This document shows positions 48,355-57,633 of a stretch of 64,000 bases of DNA, piece after piece (position 1 is the first letter of the stretch; each line of letters starts with the position of its first letter). Source of the stretch: an uncultured Rickettsiales bacterium (GTDB lineage Bacteria > Myxococcota_A > UBA796 > UBA9615 > CAYRNR01). A program made the position numbers and the translations under genes. Under the pieces are notes generated by a model. It did no database searches and had not been told where the DNA came from. It was given only the letters and a program-made list of their open reading frames with translations. The stretch spans positions 61 to 64,060 of the forward strand of contig CAZLEO010000008.1 in assembly GCA_964558555.1 (NCBI GenBank), written 5' to 3'.

Positions 48355-49607
48355 GCGTACTCCTCAGACGTGGCCTCGTCGGCCGGCTCCGATGCCGACG
48401 TCTCCGGTAACAGCGGCAGGAGCTTGATTCCCAGGACGAACAGCGCAGCACCCAGCGCCAGGATCCCGCCCGAGACGAGCCACTCGAAGAGGCTGGGGAA
48501 GTACTCGAAGACCGCGCGCTGCGAGTGATAGGCCTCGGCCAGGCCCTCCATCATGGGCTGGGTCAGGGGCGGCACCACGAGGTTCAGCCGCACCGACAGG
48601 AAGGTCACGGCCACCAGGCCGCCCGCGAGGGCCACGGCGCCGGGCTTTCGCGGCAGCCAGACCAGCAGCGCCACCGGGACGACGACGCCCAGCGCCAGGT
48701 GGAAGATCCAGAAGTTCCACCAGTACGGGCCGAACAGCAGGTGATGGAAGATCTCGGATTCGTGGCTGATGCCCTGCCACAGGGGGGTGGAGAACTCGGC
48801 CCACTCCAGCAGGCTGTCGGCCAGCACCAGCACCAGGACCAGCCGGCCGAGCATGACCAGGGTCTCGCGGAACCGGGCACCCCGGTCGGGCCACACGATG
48901 TAGTAGATCGCCGCCAGCCCGCCGCAACCCGAGGCCAGGGCGCCGACCAGGAAGATGATCGGGAACAGGGGCTGGTGCCAGTACATCCGCGCGCCGATGG
49001 TGGCGAACAGCGCTCCCACGCCGCCGTGGAAGGCGATGGCGAGGGGGACGCCGATCATGCCCAGGCGGTGGAGCCAGCGTTCGGCAAAGGGCTCGGGGAT
49101 GCGCGTGACCTGACGGGCCATGAAGCCCGTCAGCCCCCTCTTGTCACGCCAGGGCACCAGCCGGGGGACCAGGGCCAGGAGGTTCTCGACCAGGATCACG
49201 CCGAAGTAGGTGGAGTACAGGAAGATCATCCACGCCATCATCGAGCGGAAGTTGGCGTGGAGCATGACCTGGATGGAGCGGTTCATGTGGCCCAGGTCCA
49301 TGGCGATGGACAGCAGCGCCATGACCAGGGTGACCGCCGCGGTGAACAGGGCCAGCGGCGCCAGGGGCGCCAGCTTCTCCACGCGTCCGACGTAGACCAC
49401 GGACGAGAGGATGAACGAGCCCGCGGACAGGCCGATGAAGTAGATGTAGAAGGCGACCCACAGGCCCCAGGGGATGTAGTTGTTGTAGTCGGCGAGCTGG
49501 TGGCCGGTGCTCAGCCTCAACCAGACCCCCCAGACCCCGGTGACGGCGAGGACCGCCCAGAGCAGGAAGAAGACGATCTTGGCGAGCCGGATCATGGTGC
49601 TCTCCAT
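48351..49607 (-). CDS. NrfD/PsrC-family polytopic membrane anchor subunit (quinol-interacting).
   Basis: ~10 TM helices with the NrfD family pattern. An alternative start at 49595 (MIRLAK) is preceded by GGAGAG. Confidence 0.75.
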   Translation of the reverse strand: MESTMIRLAKIVFFLLWAVLAVTGVWGVWLRLSTGHQLADYNNYIPWGLWVAFYIYFIGLSAGSFILSSVVYVGRVEKLAPLAPLALFTAAVTLVMALLSIAMDLGHMNRSIQVMLHANFRSMMAWMIFLYSTYFGVILVENLLALVPRLVPWRDKRGLTGFMARQVTRIPEPFAERWLHRLGMIGVPLAIAFHGGVGALFATIGARMYWHQPLFPIIFLVGALASGCGGLAAIYYIVWPDRGARFRETLVMLGRLVLVLVLADSLLEWAEFSTPLWQGISHESEIFHHLLFGPYWWNFWIFHLALGVVVPVALLVWLPRKPGAVALAGGLVAVTFLSVRLNLVVPPLTQPMMEGLAEAYHSQRAVFEYFPSLFEWLVSGGILALGAALFVLGIKLLPLLPETSASEPADEATSEEYA

Positions 49608-51827
49608 CTACAGGCGGTCACACGAGCCGCGCTTGCTGGCCAGCAGCTCGGCGAGGGTCCGCCGCGGTTCGGGGTCGGCCGGGTGGACCGTGACGGCTCC
49701 GGATTCGCCGCGCAGCGAACCCACCTCGGCCCCGAACGTCCGCCGCGGATCGGGCTGGACCGCGGCTCCGTCGATGGTCATGCGTCCATCGAACCCCTCG
49801 GTGTGCCCGTACCCCACGGCGGCGGCGACCACACCGGGGCGGACGGCCTCGGTCTCGACCACGTTGATCTCCCGGTGCGCGCGATCCGCCTCCAGCTCGA
49901 CGCGGTGCCCCCGTCGGACCCCGACCTCGGCGAACGTGCTCGGGTGGACCCAGGCCTCGTTCTCGGCCCTCAGGGACGGCGTGGCCCAGTACTGGGCCGT
50001 GGAGTCCACGAAGCCGCCGAAGCTCTCGCGGTAGGTCACCAGCGCCACCCCCTCGATGGGATCCCCGGGGGATCGGACCGCGCTGGGACGGAACGCTTCG
50101 GGTTTGGGCGGCGTGACAGGGCTGCGGCGGGCTTCGAGCCAGCCCCGGTGCTGGAGCCTGGCCGGGTTCGGGGTCGCGGCGATGGCCGCTTCCAGGACCG
50201 CGTGACTGTCCAGCGTCTCACCGGCGAGCGCGGCGAGGGTCTCGAGCAGGCCCTCGAGCCCACGGCTCCAGGGCGCCTCCAGCCCGGCCTCGCTCATCAC
50301 CGAGCCGACCGTCGGCTGGACCAGCGAGATGCCGTCCCAGCGCTCGACGAGGCCGAACCGCTCGTGCTCGGTCACGTCCGGGACGATCCAGTCGGCCAGG
50401 GCGGCCACGGGGTTCATGACCGTCGTGACGACCACGAGGTTGCGCACGCGGGCGGGGTCGGCCAGGGCCTCGAGCAGCTCGGCGTGGTGGGGGCCGTCGG
50501 TGATCCCTCCGTCCCCCACGACGATCAGGGTCTCGAGGGTCTCCCTGGCGGCCAGGCGTTGTTGCAGCGCGAGGTCGGCACGCTCCCCGAGGGGAACGGG
50601 CGACAGCGCCGGCTCCATGGCCCCACCGACGCCCGTGGCCCCGGACAGGACCGCCAGCCGCAGGATGGCCTCGCAGACCTCGGCGCCGTCGGGGCGCTCC
50701 CCCACGCCGCCGCCCACCCGCACGGTCAGACCATCACCCATCTCCGCGAGCCGGTCGGCGGTGCGCCGGACGACCATCTCACCCAGCCCCGACCGCGGCT
50801 CTAGGTCCTTCCACGGCCGCGCGGCGATCTGGTCGAGCCACTCGTCGGGCGGCTCGACGACACCGTCGTCCACCCAGGCCCTGAGCAGCATCCACGCCAG
50901 GGCCATGTCGCCGCCTGGGCGCACGGGCAGCCAGACGTCGGCCATCCCGGCGACCTCGGACAGCCGCGGATCGACCACGACCAGGGCGCCCGTCCCGTGG
51001 CGCTCACGCAGCCGGAGCAGCTCCCGCGAGTCCCCGATGGGATCCACACCGGACGCGATCGCGTCGGCCCCCCAGATCAACGCCCCCCGCGCGCGCTCGA
51101 GGCGCGGCTGCAGCGTCCAGCCGGGCTGTCCCATCATGGCGTCGCTGGCCGCGTTCACCCACGGGTTGGGCGTACCCAGGAGGACCTCGGCCCCCTCCAG
51201 CGTCTGCTGGAAGGCCTCCAGGACCGGGCGCCGGTCCAGCTGGCGCGGATCCACCGCGACGACGGTCCCGGATGGAGCGGTATCGGCGATCAGGTTTGCC
51301 GCTGCCGCGGCGGCGTCGCCGGGCTGGAGGGTCTGCCAGGCCCCCTCGCCGCGCTCGCCGAGCCTGGAGAGCGGCCGCACGATGCGGAAGGGGTCGTGGG
51401 TGTTCTGCAGCCGCGCCTGGCCGCGGGCGCAGCAGGCTCCTCGCAGGGTCGCGGCGTCGGCGGCCGTGACCGGGAGGGGGCCGCCGTGGACCCTCGGGGA
51501 CCAAGGGTTGCCGTCGATCTTGGCCAGCACCCCACCTTCGGTGGCCACCCGCACGGGGCACGCGCCGTGGCACCCCAGACAGGTGGACAGGACGATGGAG
51601 CCGGGATCATCGAGGGGGTACTCGGCGCGGAAGATCGTGTCCGCGTCGGCAAAGTCGGGACGGCCGGGGCCGATGGCCAGCCCCGCGCGGGAGGCGGCCA
51701 GGGTTCCCAGCGCGCACCCGCCCAGCAGGGCGGTGAGACGACAGAACTGGCGGCGGTCCACGCCCTTTCGGGTGTCCCGGTCGGATCGGACCTCCGGATC
51801 AGCTCCTGTAGTAGACCGTCGGCTCAT
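49608..51827 (-). CDS. Molybdopterin (Mo-bisPGD) oxidoreductase catalytic subunit, Psr/Phs/Ttr-like, Tat-exported.
   Basis: Twin-arginine signal DRRQFCRLTALLGGCALG. N-terminal [4Fe-4S] motif CLGCHGACP. ~740 aa. Confidence 0.8.
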   Translation of the reverse strand: MSRRSTTGADPEVRSDRDTRKGVDRRQFCRLTALLGGCALGTLAASRAGLAIGPGRPDFADADTIFRAEYPLDDPGSIVLSTCLGCHGACPVRVATEGGVLAKIDGNPWSPRVHGGPLPVTAADAATLRGACCARGQARLQNTHDPFRIVRPLSRLGERGEGAWQTLQPGDAAAAAANLIADTAPSGTVVAVDPRQLDRRPVLEAFQQTLEGAEVLLGTPNPWVNAASDAMMGQPGWTLQPRLERARGALIWGADAIASGVDPIGDSRELLRLRERHGTGALVVVDPRLSEVAGMADVWLPVRPGGDMALAWMLLRAWVDDGVVEPPDEWLDQIAARPWKDLEPRSGLGEMVVRRTADRLAEMGDGLTVRVGGGVGERPDGAEVCEAILRLAVLSGATGVGGAMEPALSPVPLGERADLALQQRLAARETLETLIVVGDGGITDGPHHAELLEALADPARVRNLVVVTTVMNPVAALADWIVPDVTEHERFGLVERWDGISLVQPTVGSVMSEAGLEAPWSRGLEGLLETLAALAGETLDSHAVLEAAIAATPNPARLQHRGWLEARRSPVTPPKPEAFRPSAVRSPGDPIEGVALVTYRESFGGFVDSTAQYWATPSLRAENEAWVHPSTFAEVGVRRGHRVELEADRAHREINVVETEAVRPGVVAAAVGYGHTEGFDGRMTIDGAAVQPDPRRTFGAEVGSLRGESGAVTVHPADPEPRRTLAELLASKRGSCDRL

Positions 51828-52500
51828 TGCCGAGCTCCTCCTTGAGCCTGTGGCCGCCGTGGTGGGAGATGCTCTCCTGGACCAGGCTGTACGGGTCGTT
51901 GAGATCTCCGAAGACCAGGGCACCCGTGGGACAGGTGAGCACGCAGGCGGGCAGCGAACCGCGGGCGAGCCGGTGCATGCAGTGGTGGCACTTGCGGACG
52001 TTGCCCACGGGGCTCTCGTGGTGGTGGCGCGTCCACGGCCGGTCGTAGTCGGGCGACGGCCGCTGCTCGTAGGCCACCTCGCCGTGGCAGCCCTCGCCGT
52101 ACCGATCCCCCACGTCGAACGTGCGCGCCGAATAGGGGCACGCGGTCATGCAGTACCGGCAGCCGATGCACTTCATGTAGTCCATCACCACCGTCCCGTC
52201 CGGGGTCGAATAGGTGGCGGCGACGGGGCACACCAGCACACACGCGGGCGTGGCGCAGTGCATGCAGGGTTTGGGGCGGTAGGACCGCCGCGTGTGGGGG
52301 AACTTCCCGTGCAGCTCCTCGAGCACCATCATGTAGGTGATCGCCGGGGGCAGGTTGTTCTCGGCCTCGCACGCGACCTGGCAGGCGCGGCACCCGGTGC
52401 AGGCGTGCATGTCGATGAACATGCCCCACTGACGCCGGCCGTCGCGCCGCTGGAGGGCACGGGTCAGCTCCTCGGCCTGCCTGGCCTTGGCGTCGCTCAT
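51799..52500 (-). CDS. 4Fe-4S ferredoxin-type iron-sulfur subunit (PsrB/NrfC-like).
   Basis: Four Cys clusters (CTGCRACQVAC, CMHCATPACVLVCP, CIGCRYCMTACP, CHHCMHRL...CPTGA). GGGAGG Shine-Dalgarno sequence. Confidence 0.85.
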   Translation of the reverse strand: MSDAKARQAEELTRALQRRDGRRQWGMFIDMHACTGCRACQVACEAENNLPPAITYMMVLEELHGKFPHTRRSYRPKPCMHCATPACVLVCPVAATYSTPDGTVVMDYMKCIGCRYCMTACPYSARTFDVGDRYGEGCHGEVAYEQRPSPDYDRPWTRHHHESPVGNVRKCHHCMHRLARGSLPACVLTCPTGALVFGDLNDPYSLVQESISHHGGHRLKEELGNEPTVYYRS

Positions 52501-53072
52501 GGGGGGGCCTCCCGTTCGGGTTGCGAAGGGGGCCCTCGGTGGACCCGGTCGTGCATCGCGGTGTGGACGCGGACGCTGCGGTCGTGGAACGCCTCCACGT
52601 GGCAGTTGCGGCAGTGGAGGCCCTCGAAGGGCCGCTCCATCATCCGGTCGTGGTGGCAGGCCTCGCACCGCTCGGTGATGTCGATGTCGTGGGAGCCGTC
52701 GGCGTGACACCGGACGCAGTCGGTGCTGCCACGCCCGTGGGTCAGGTGGCACTCGAGGCAGCTCTGCTCCGCCACCACCGGGTTCTCCATCGACTCCATC
52801 CAGGATGGGACGTCGGCGCCGACCCGCAGCGTGGTGTACGACAGGTACTCCTTGATCGGGAGTACGTGGCAGACGTGGCAGCTGGCCGAGAAGGTTTCCG
52901 AGTGAGGAGGCGTGTCCAGGGCCTCGGCGTCGGAGGTGCCGTGGTGGCACGACACGCACAGGGCCTCGCGCGTATCGATCTGCTCGAAGCGGGCGCCACC
53001 GGCGAAGCCGCCGAGGAACAGCCCGATCACGGCAGGGGCGAGGGTGCGGGGTTGGATCAAGTTCCTCACCAC
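52497..53072 (-). CDS. Hexaheme c-type cytochrome (NrfB/ActA-like).
   Basis: Six CxxCH motifs (CVSCH, CHVCH, CLECH, CVRCH, CEACH, CRNCH) and an N-terminal TM/signal. Confidence 0.8.
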   Translation of the reverse strand: MVRNLIQPRTLAPAVIGLFLGGFAGGARFEQIDTREALCVSCHHGTSDAEALDTPPHSETFSASCHVCHVLPIKEYLSYTTLRVGADVPSWMESMENPVVAEQSCLECHLTHGRGSTDCVRCHADGSHDIDITERCEACHHDRMMERPFEGLHCRNCHVEAFHDRSVRVHTAMHDRVHRGPPSQPEREAPP

Positions 53073-53182
53073 ATGCCTCCGTGGGGGAGCACCACGGCGA
53101 GGAATCGCACCAGGAACATCAGCCAGTAGCCCAGCACCGCGCCGACCACGAGCATCCCTGTGCCGATGATCCAGCGCATCAT
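53066..53182 (-). CDS. Candidate 38-aa single-TM protein (MMRWIIGTGMLVVGAVLGYWLMFLVRFLAVVLPHGGMW).
   Basis: GAGGA Shine-Dalgarno sequence. Overlaps both flanking genes by 4-7 nt in the operon. Confidence 0.35.
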   Translation of the reverse strand: MMRWIIGTGMLVVGAVLGYWLMFLVRFLAVVLPHGGMW

Positions 53183-55743
53183 GGTGAATCCTCGCCCTGG
53201 TCCAGGGTCAGCCGGTACTCGTCCTCGTGGAAGAAGGTGAGCTGCGGCCTGCCCTCGAGGCCGTGGCACACCTCACAGAAGCGGACGATCTCGTCGGGAT
53301 CACGCAGGAAGCTGTTGAGCTCCGAGCCGTCCACCTCTCCGGGCCGGTCCTCGGCGTCGTGGCGCCAGCGGTGCGGGTCGTGGCAGGTCATGCACGTGAT
53401 CTCCCCCACCTGGCGGTTCTCGGTCTGCTCGCCGTCGGGGCCGTAGTAGGGCACGGGGCCGTCGTAGCGGAACGGCAGCCCGCCCACGGTGAGCATCAGC
53501 CGCTCGGGGTGGGTGTAGTGGTCCACTGGGGTGGCGTCGGTGGAGCCGTCGTGGCAGGCCAGGCAGCGACCGTTGGCGGGGTTGATCTCCCCGGCGCCGT
53601 CGTCGGCGAGCCCTGTCATCAGGTAGTCCAGATCCGATCCGTGGGCCGCGTGGCACGAGAGACAGGGCCGCCGCTCGCCGTCGACGGCCACGACGCTGGC
53701 GTCGTGATCCGTACCCAGCACCGCACCCTTGTCGGCGTGGCACTCGAGGCACAGGGGGCCGACGCCGTCGTCGCTCCTGAGCACGAACGCGGTACCCGCG
53801 TGGGCATCGTGGCAGGTGCTGCAGCCGAGCCGACCATCGTAGTCGGGCAGGTCGCCGTGCTCGCCGGGCTCGAGGTCCGTGCCCAGCGGATGGGAGGCTG
53901 CCAGGGAGATCTGCGGGTCCTCGCTGCCGTCGGTGTGGCAGTCCAGGCACTGATCGGGTCCCACGCCCTGGCGCCGCTGGCCGTCCCCGAAGCCCCCGGG
54001 CCGCGTGTGCATGCCGTGGCATTCCTGGCAGGCCGGCGCTCCGTGGCCGCCGGCCCGGATGGCGCGCGACTCGTCCACGTGGCAGGCGCGACAGGCGTCG
54101 GTGCCCGCCTGGTTCATCCGCAACAACGTGGCGCTGGTGGACTGGTGGGGATCGTGGCACGACAGGCAGGTCAGGTGGCCGTCGGGCGCGAAGGCCCCGC
54201 CCATGGACTCGACCCGGTTGAGGGTGATCCGGTCGACCTCCACGTCCACGGCGTGGCGGGAGAACCCGCTGGCGTGGTCCGCGTGGCACGACGTACACAG
54301 GTCGCCGTTGGACGCCGCCGAGATCAGCAGGGGGTCGGCGTGGGCGCCGTGGGGCGGATGGCAGCTCATGCACACCAGCCGCTCGCCCTCGAACCGCGCG
54401 CCCTCCCCGATCAGCTCCTCCGCGGCCGTGCCGGCCGGCGGCGCCAGCCCGATGGGGTGGCTCTTGCGGCGGTGCGAGGTCTCGGTGTCCAGGTAGTCGT
54501 CGTGGCACTCGACGCACAGATCGTTGCCCGGGAAGCGTGAGACCTGCTCCCCTTCGCGCGGCAATCCGAAGTCCACCACCTCACCCAGCGCGGCGGGCCC
54601 GGCGGAGGCGCCCATCTCCCTGTGCACGAAGTGGCAGGTGTGACAGGTCATGTCGCCGGACTCGGACGTGCGGAACCGCTCCGGGATCTCGTCGTCCTCC
54701 TCGAGCACGAGGGGATGGTTGGTGGCCCCTGGGTCCCAGTTGCCGGAAGCGAGCACCCTCGTGCCGTCGTGACACTGACGGCAAACGAAGGACGGGTCTG
54801 CGTCGCGGACCGTGGCGCTGCTGGCGAGCTCCCCTTCGGGCGGGAACCGCCCGTCCCGCCACGCGCTCCCCTGCGCGTCCAGGCGGTACGCCGAGGCGGA
54901 GCCCGCGTCCGTGACGTACAGGCTGCCCTCGTGTGCGGCGATGCCGATGGGGAAGGCGAACAGCAGCGGCTCGGCGGGCCCGGAGATCAGCTGCCGGAAC
55001 GTGCCGTCGCGCTCGAGGATCTGCACCGCGCCCTTGTGGCTGTCCACCACGGCCATCGCGCCGTCGGCGAGGACGGCCACGTCCTTGGGCTTGTAGAAGC
55101 GGCCCTCCCCCGGTCCCCACTCCCCGAAGGCCCCACGCAGGGTCCCGTCGTCGGCGAGATGGAGCACGCGGCCCGCCAGCGTCTCGGTGACGAGGACCCC
55201 GCCGTCGCCGTCCGAGACGAGGCCACGGGGACCTTCCAGCGGCGTACCGTCGATCGCGTCGATGTCCGCCTCCACCGCACCGGCGGAGTCCAGGACCAGG
55301 ATGCGATTCTGGGGCGTGAGGGCGACCCACAGCCTGCCGTCCGCGGCGACACAGACGTCGATGGGCTCGGTGTGCTCGTCGAGGATGATCTCGTCCTGTT
55401 GCCGGCCGTCGGCGGGGGACAGGAGCACGAGCCGATGGTTGCCTGCGTCGGCGATCCAGATCCCCTCGTCTGCCACGCCGATCCCCGATGGGTGATCGAG
55501 GTCCTGGGACACGCGCCAGCGGATCTTCCCCATGGGTCCGACCGCCATCACGACGTCCCTGGCGATGTCGGCGATCACGACGGTCCCGTCGGCGAGGACG
55601 TCCACGGCCGCGGGCTCGGCCAGGCCCGCCTGCCAGGTGGAGCCGATGACGAAGCCCGTGGTCGTACCCGGGCCGGCGAGCACCCCCCCGGCGAGGGCGC
55701 ACAGGAGCCCCAGGCCGGCCGCGACGAGGAGTAGGCGCTTCAT
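53179..55743 (-). CDS. Fusion protein: N-terminal NHL-repeat beta-propeller followed by a 15-heme c-type cytochrome domain.
   Basis: Signal MKRLLLVAAGLGLLCALAGG. NHL-like repeats. 15 CxxCH motifs. Confidence 0.8.
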   Translation of the reverse strand: MKRLLLVAAGLGLLCALAGGVLAGPGTTTGFVIGSTWQAGLAEPAAVDVLADGTVVIADIARDVVMAVGPMGKIRWRVSQDLDHPSGIGVADEGIWIADAGNHRLVLLSPADGRQQDEIILDEHTEPIDVCVAADGRLWVALTPQNRILVLDSAGAVEADIDAIDGTPLEGPRGLVSDGDGGVLVTETLAGRVLHLADDGTLRGAFGEWGPGEGRFYKPKDVAVLADGAMAVVDSHKGAVQILERDGTFRQLISGPAEPLLFAFPIGIAAHEGSLYVTDAGSASAYRLDAQGSAWRDGRFPPEGELASSATVRDADPSFVCRQCHDGTRVLASGNWDPGATNHPLVLEEDDEIPERFRTSESGDMTCHTCHFVHREMGASAGPAALGEVVDFGLPREGEQVSRFPGNDLCVECHDDYLDTETSHRRKSHPIGLAPPAGTAAEELIGEGARFEGERLVCMSCHPPHGAHADPLLISAASNGDLCTSCHADHASGFSRHAVDVEVDRITLNRVESMGGAFAPDGHLTCLSCHDPHQSTSATLLRMNQAGTDACRACHVDESRAIRAGGHGAPACQECHGMHTRPGGFGDGQRRQGVGPDQCLDCHTDGSEDPQISLAASHPLGTDLEPGEHGDLPDYDGRLGCSTCHDAHAGTAFVLRSDDGVGPLCLECHADKGAVLGTDHDASVVAVDGERRPCLSCHAAHGSDLDYLMTGLADDGAGEINPANGRCLACHDGSTDATPVDHYTHPERLMLTVGGLPFRYDGPVPYYGPDGEQTENRQVGEITCMTCHDPHRWRHDAEDRPGEVDGSELNSFLRDPDEIVRFCEVCHGLEGRPQLTFFHEDEYRLTLDQGEDSP

Positions 55744-56732
55744 GGTTGCTGTCCCTGCAGTTCGGCGTCCACCTCTGCGGCGGGGTGGCATGCCTTGCAC
55801 AGCTGGCCGTCACTCAGGGGCAGACGCAGGTAGTCGGGCTCGGTCGTGTGCAGGACCGGGGACTCCCCCTCCTCCGCGTCCACGGCCACGCCCAGGACCT
55901 CCTCGGCCCAGTCCGGCGGCATCACGAGGCCGCCCAGGGCCTGGGCGCGCCCGCTCTCCTGTTCGATGCTGCCGGCGGGGTGGGGATCGTGGCAGGTACC
56001 GCAGTACACCTTGCCCTGATCCAGCGGGAGGCCTGCCGCCTCGGCGCGGGTGATCCCGTCTGCGTCCAGCTCGACGAGGTGCTCGGCGGAGCTGGTGTGG
56101 ATGCCCTCCTCCCGGTGGCATCCCTCGCACATCTGCGGTGCGGCGACCTTGAGGTCGTCCATGTCGGCCTCGGTGACCGTGGCGTCCTGGTGACAGAACT
56201 CGCAGATGGACGTGGCCTCCGGACGCTCCTTCATGTCCTCGTGGGGGTCGTACTTGCCCAGCTGCTCCACCGTGTGGCACCGGGCGCAGAACTCGCCGAT
56301 GGTGCCGTAGGGGCCGCCACGGAGGAAGTAGGGGTTGTCGGGGGCCATGGGAGCCCCGTCGCAGGCCGGCTCGTCGTGACACGTCAGGCAGGCGACCCGG
56401 CCATCGTCCAGAGGCCATGTCTCCGGGAGTTCGGCGTGCTCGCCCGTCCCGTCGTCCTCCAGTACGGGCTCCATGCCGACCTCGTGGGGGCCCTCCTCGT
56501 GGCAGTACAGGCACGCCGCGTCGGAAGAACCCCGGGCGAACGTCGTCCCGGCGGATGCGGGGACACCCTCGCCGTCGGAGTGACAGCCCGTGCAGGACGA
56601 GGGCACGCCGTGGGGCGACTCCTCGTCGGCGCCCGGGGCGGCGCCGAGCAGGGCGGCGAGGGCCAGCGCCGAGACGCCCAACGCGACGTTCCGGTCGGCA
56701 GGGCGACCCCTCGGTGGTTGGACTGGCGTCAC
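55740..56732 (-). CDS. Octaheme c-type cytochrome.
   Basis: Eight CxxCH motifs. Signal peptide ALGVSALALAALLGAAPGA. The GTG start overlaps the upstream stop as GTGA. Confidence 0.75.
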   Translation of the reverse strand: MTPVQPPRGRPADRNVALGVSALALAALLGAAPGADEESPHGVPSSCTGCHSDGEGVPASAGTTFARGSSDAACLYCHEEGPHEVGMEPVLEDDGTGEHAELPETWPLDDGRVACLTCHDEPACDGAPMAPDNPYFLRGGPYGTIGEFCARCHTVEQLGKYDPHEDMKERPEATSICEFCHQDATVTEADMDDLKVAAPQMCEGCHREEGIHTSSAEHLVELDADGITRAEAAGLPLDQGKVYCGTCHDPHPAGSIEQESGRAQALGGLVMPPDWAEEVLGVAVDAEEGESPVLHTTEPDYLRLPLSDGQLCKACHPAAEVDAELQGQQP

Positions 56733-57034
56733 GGCAGCACTCCGTTGGAGCCGTGGCAGTCGGAGCAGCTGTCGTAGCCCTCCGTCCGCACCAGGGTCTC
56801 CAGTTCCAGGTAGTCCACGCCCGTCGTGCACTCGCGCTGGTGGACCACCGCGAGGACGTGGCAGGCCGCGCAGTCGTCCCGGCCCCAGCCATCGGCGTGC
56901 TCCGAAGGGGTCACGACGAGCCCCTCCTCCGACTGGCCGATGGGGACCTCCAGGTCCTCGCACGGCGTCAGAGAGGCGCACGACAGCCCGAGGACGGCGA
57001 GCCCCAGGGAGACCAGGACGTGGCGCGCTACCAT
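56729..57034 (-). CDS. Diheme c-type cytochrome lipoprotein (101 aa).
   Basis: Lipobox LGLAVLGLSC. CAACH and CSDCH. GGAAGG Shine-Dalgarno sequence. Confidence 0.7.
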   Translation of the reverse strand: MVARHVLVSLGLAVLGLSCASLTPCEDLEVPIGQSEEGLVVTPSEHADGWGRDDCAACHVLAVVHQRECTTGVDYLELETLVRTEGYDSCSDCHGSNGVLP

Positions 57035-57633
57035 GGCGACCTTCCGTTGCTGTGACAGCGCGTACACGAGTCGCCGGAGTGGCACGTGACGCAGGACTGG
57101 GGATCGAAGCGGGCCTCGATGCCGTGGAGCGCGCCCCACCCCGGCGGGTGATTCGAGCGGGTCAGGGCGCCGCGGTTCTCGTGGCAGGTGAGGCAGCGGC
57201 CGGTGTCGTGGCATTCGTGACAGCCAGGGCGGATCATCCTGACCTCGCTGCCGTGGAACCTGGCCCAGCCCGGCCCGTGGGAGTCGGGGGAGAACCCCTC
57301 GCCGTGACAGATCTGGCACCCCTCGGGACCCACGGCGGCGCGGGTGTCCGTGGCCTTGTGACAGTAGTGGCAGCTGGCAGGGGGCGGCGACAGGAACGCG
57401 TCGTCCAGGACCTCGGCGTCCCCGGGTTCCTCCAGGCGCGTCCCGACCAGGTGACAGGCGACGCACGCGACGTTCTGCTCGGTGAAGGTCTCGACGTGCT
57501 CCTCGTGCAGGAACTCGTCGAAGATCAGCTGCACCTCCTCGGACGTGAGGGACTCCTCGGCCCCACCCCCGACCATCGTGGCCGAGGCGCCCAGCAGGAT
57601 CACCACCAGCGGCGTCGCGACGATGGCCCTCAC
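57028..57633 (-). CDS. Heptaheme c-type cytochrome.
   Basis: Seven CxxCH motifs. GTG start after AAGGGAGGGG. Signal peptide. Confidence 0.75.
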   Translation of the reverse strand: MRAIVATPLVVILLGASATMVGGGAEESLTSEEVQLIFDEFLHEEHVETFTEQNVACVACHLVGTRLEEPGDAEVLDDAFLSPPPASCHYCHKATDTRAAVGPEGCQICHGEGFSPDSHGPGWARFHGSEVRMIRPGCHECHDTGRCLTCHENRGALTRSNHPPGWGALHGIEARFDPQSCVTCHSGDSCTRCHSNGRSPW

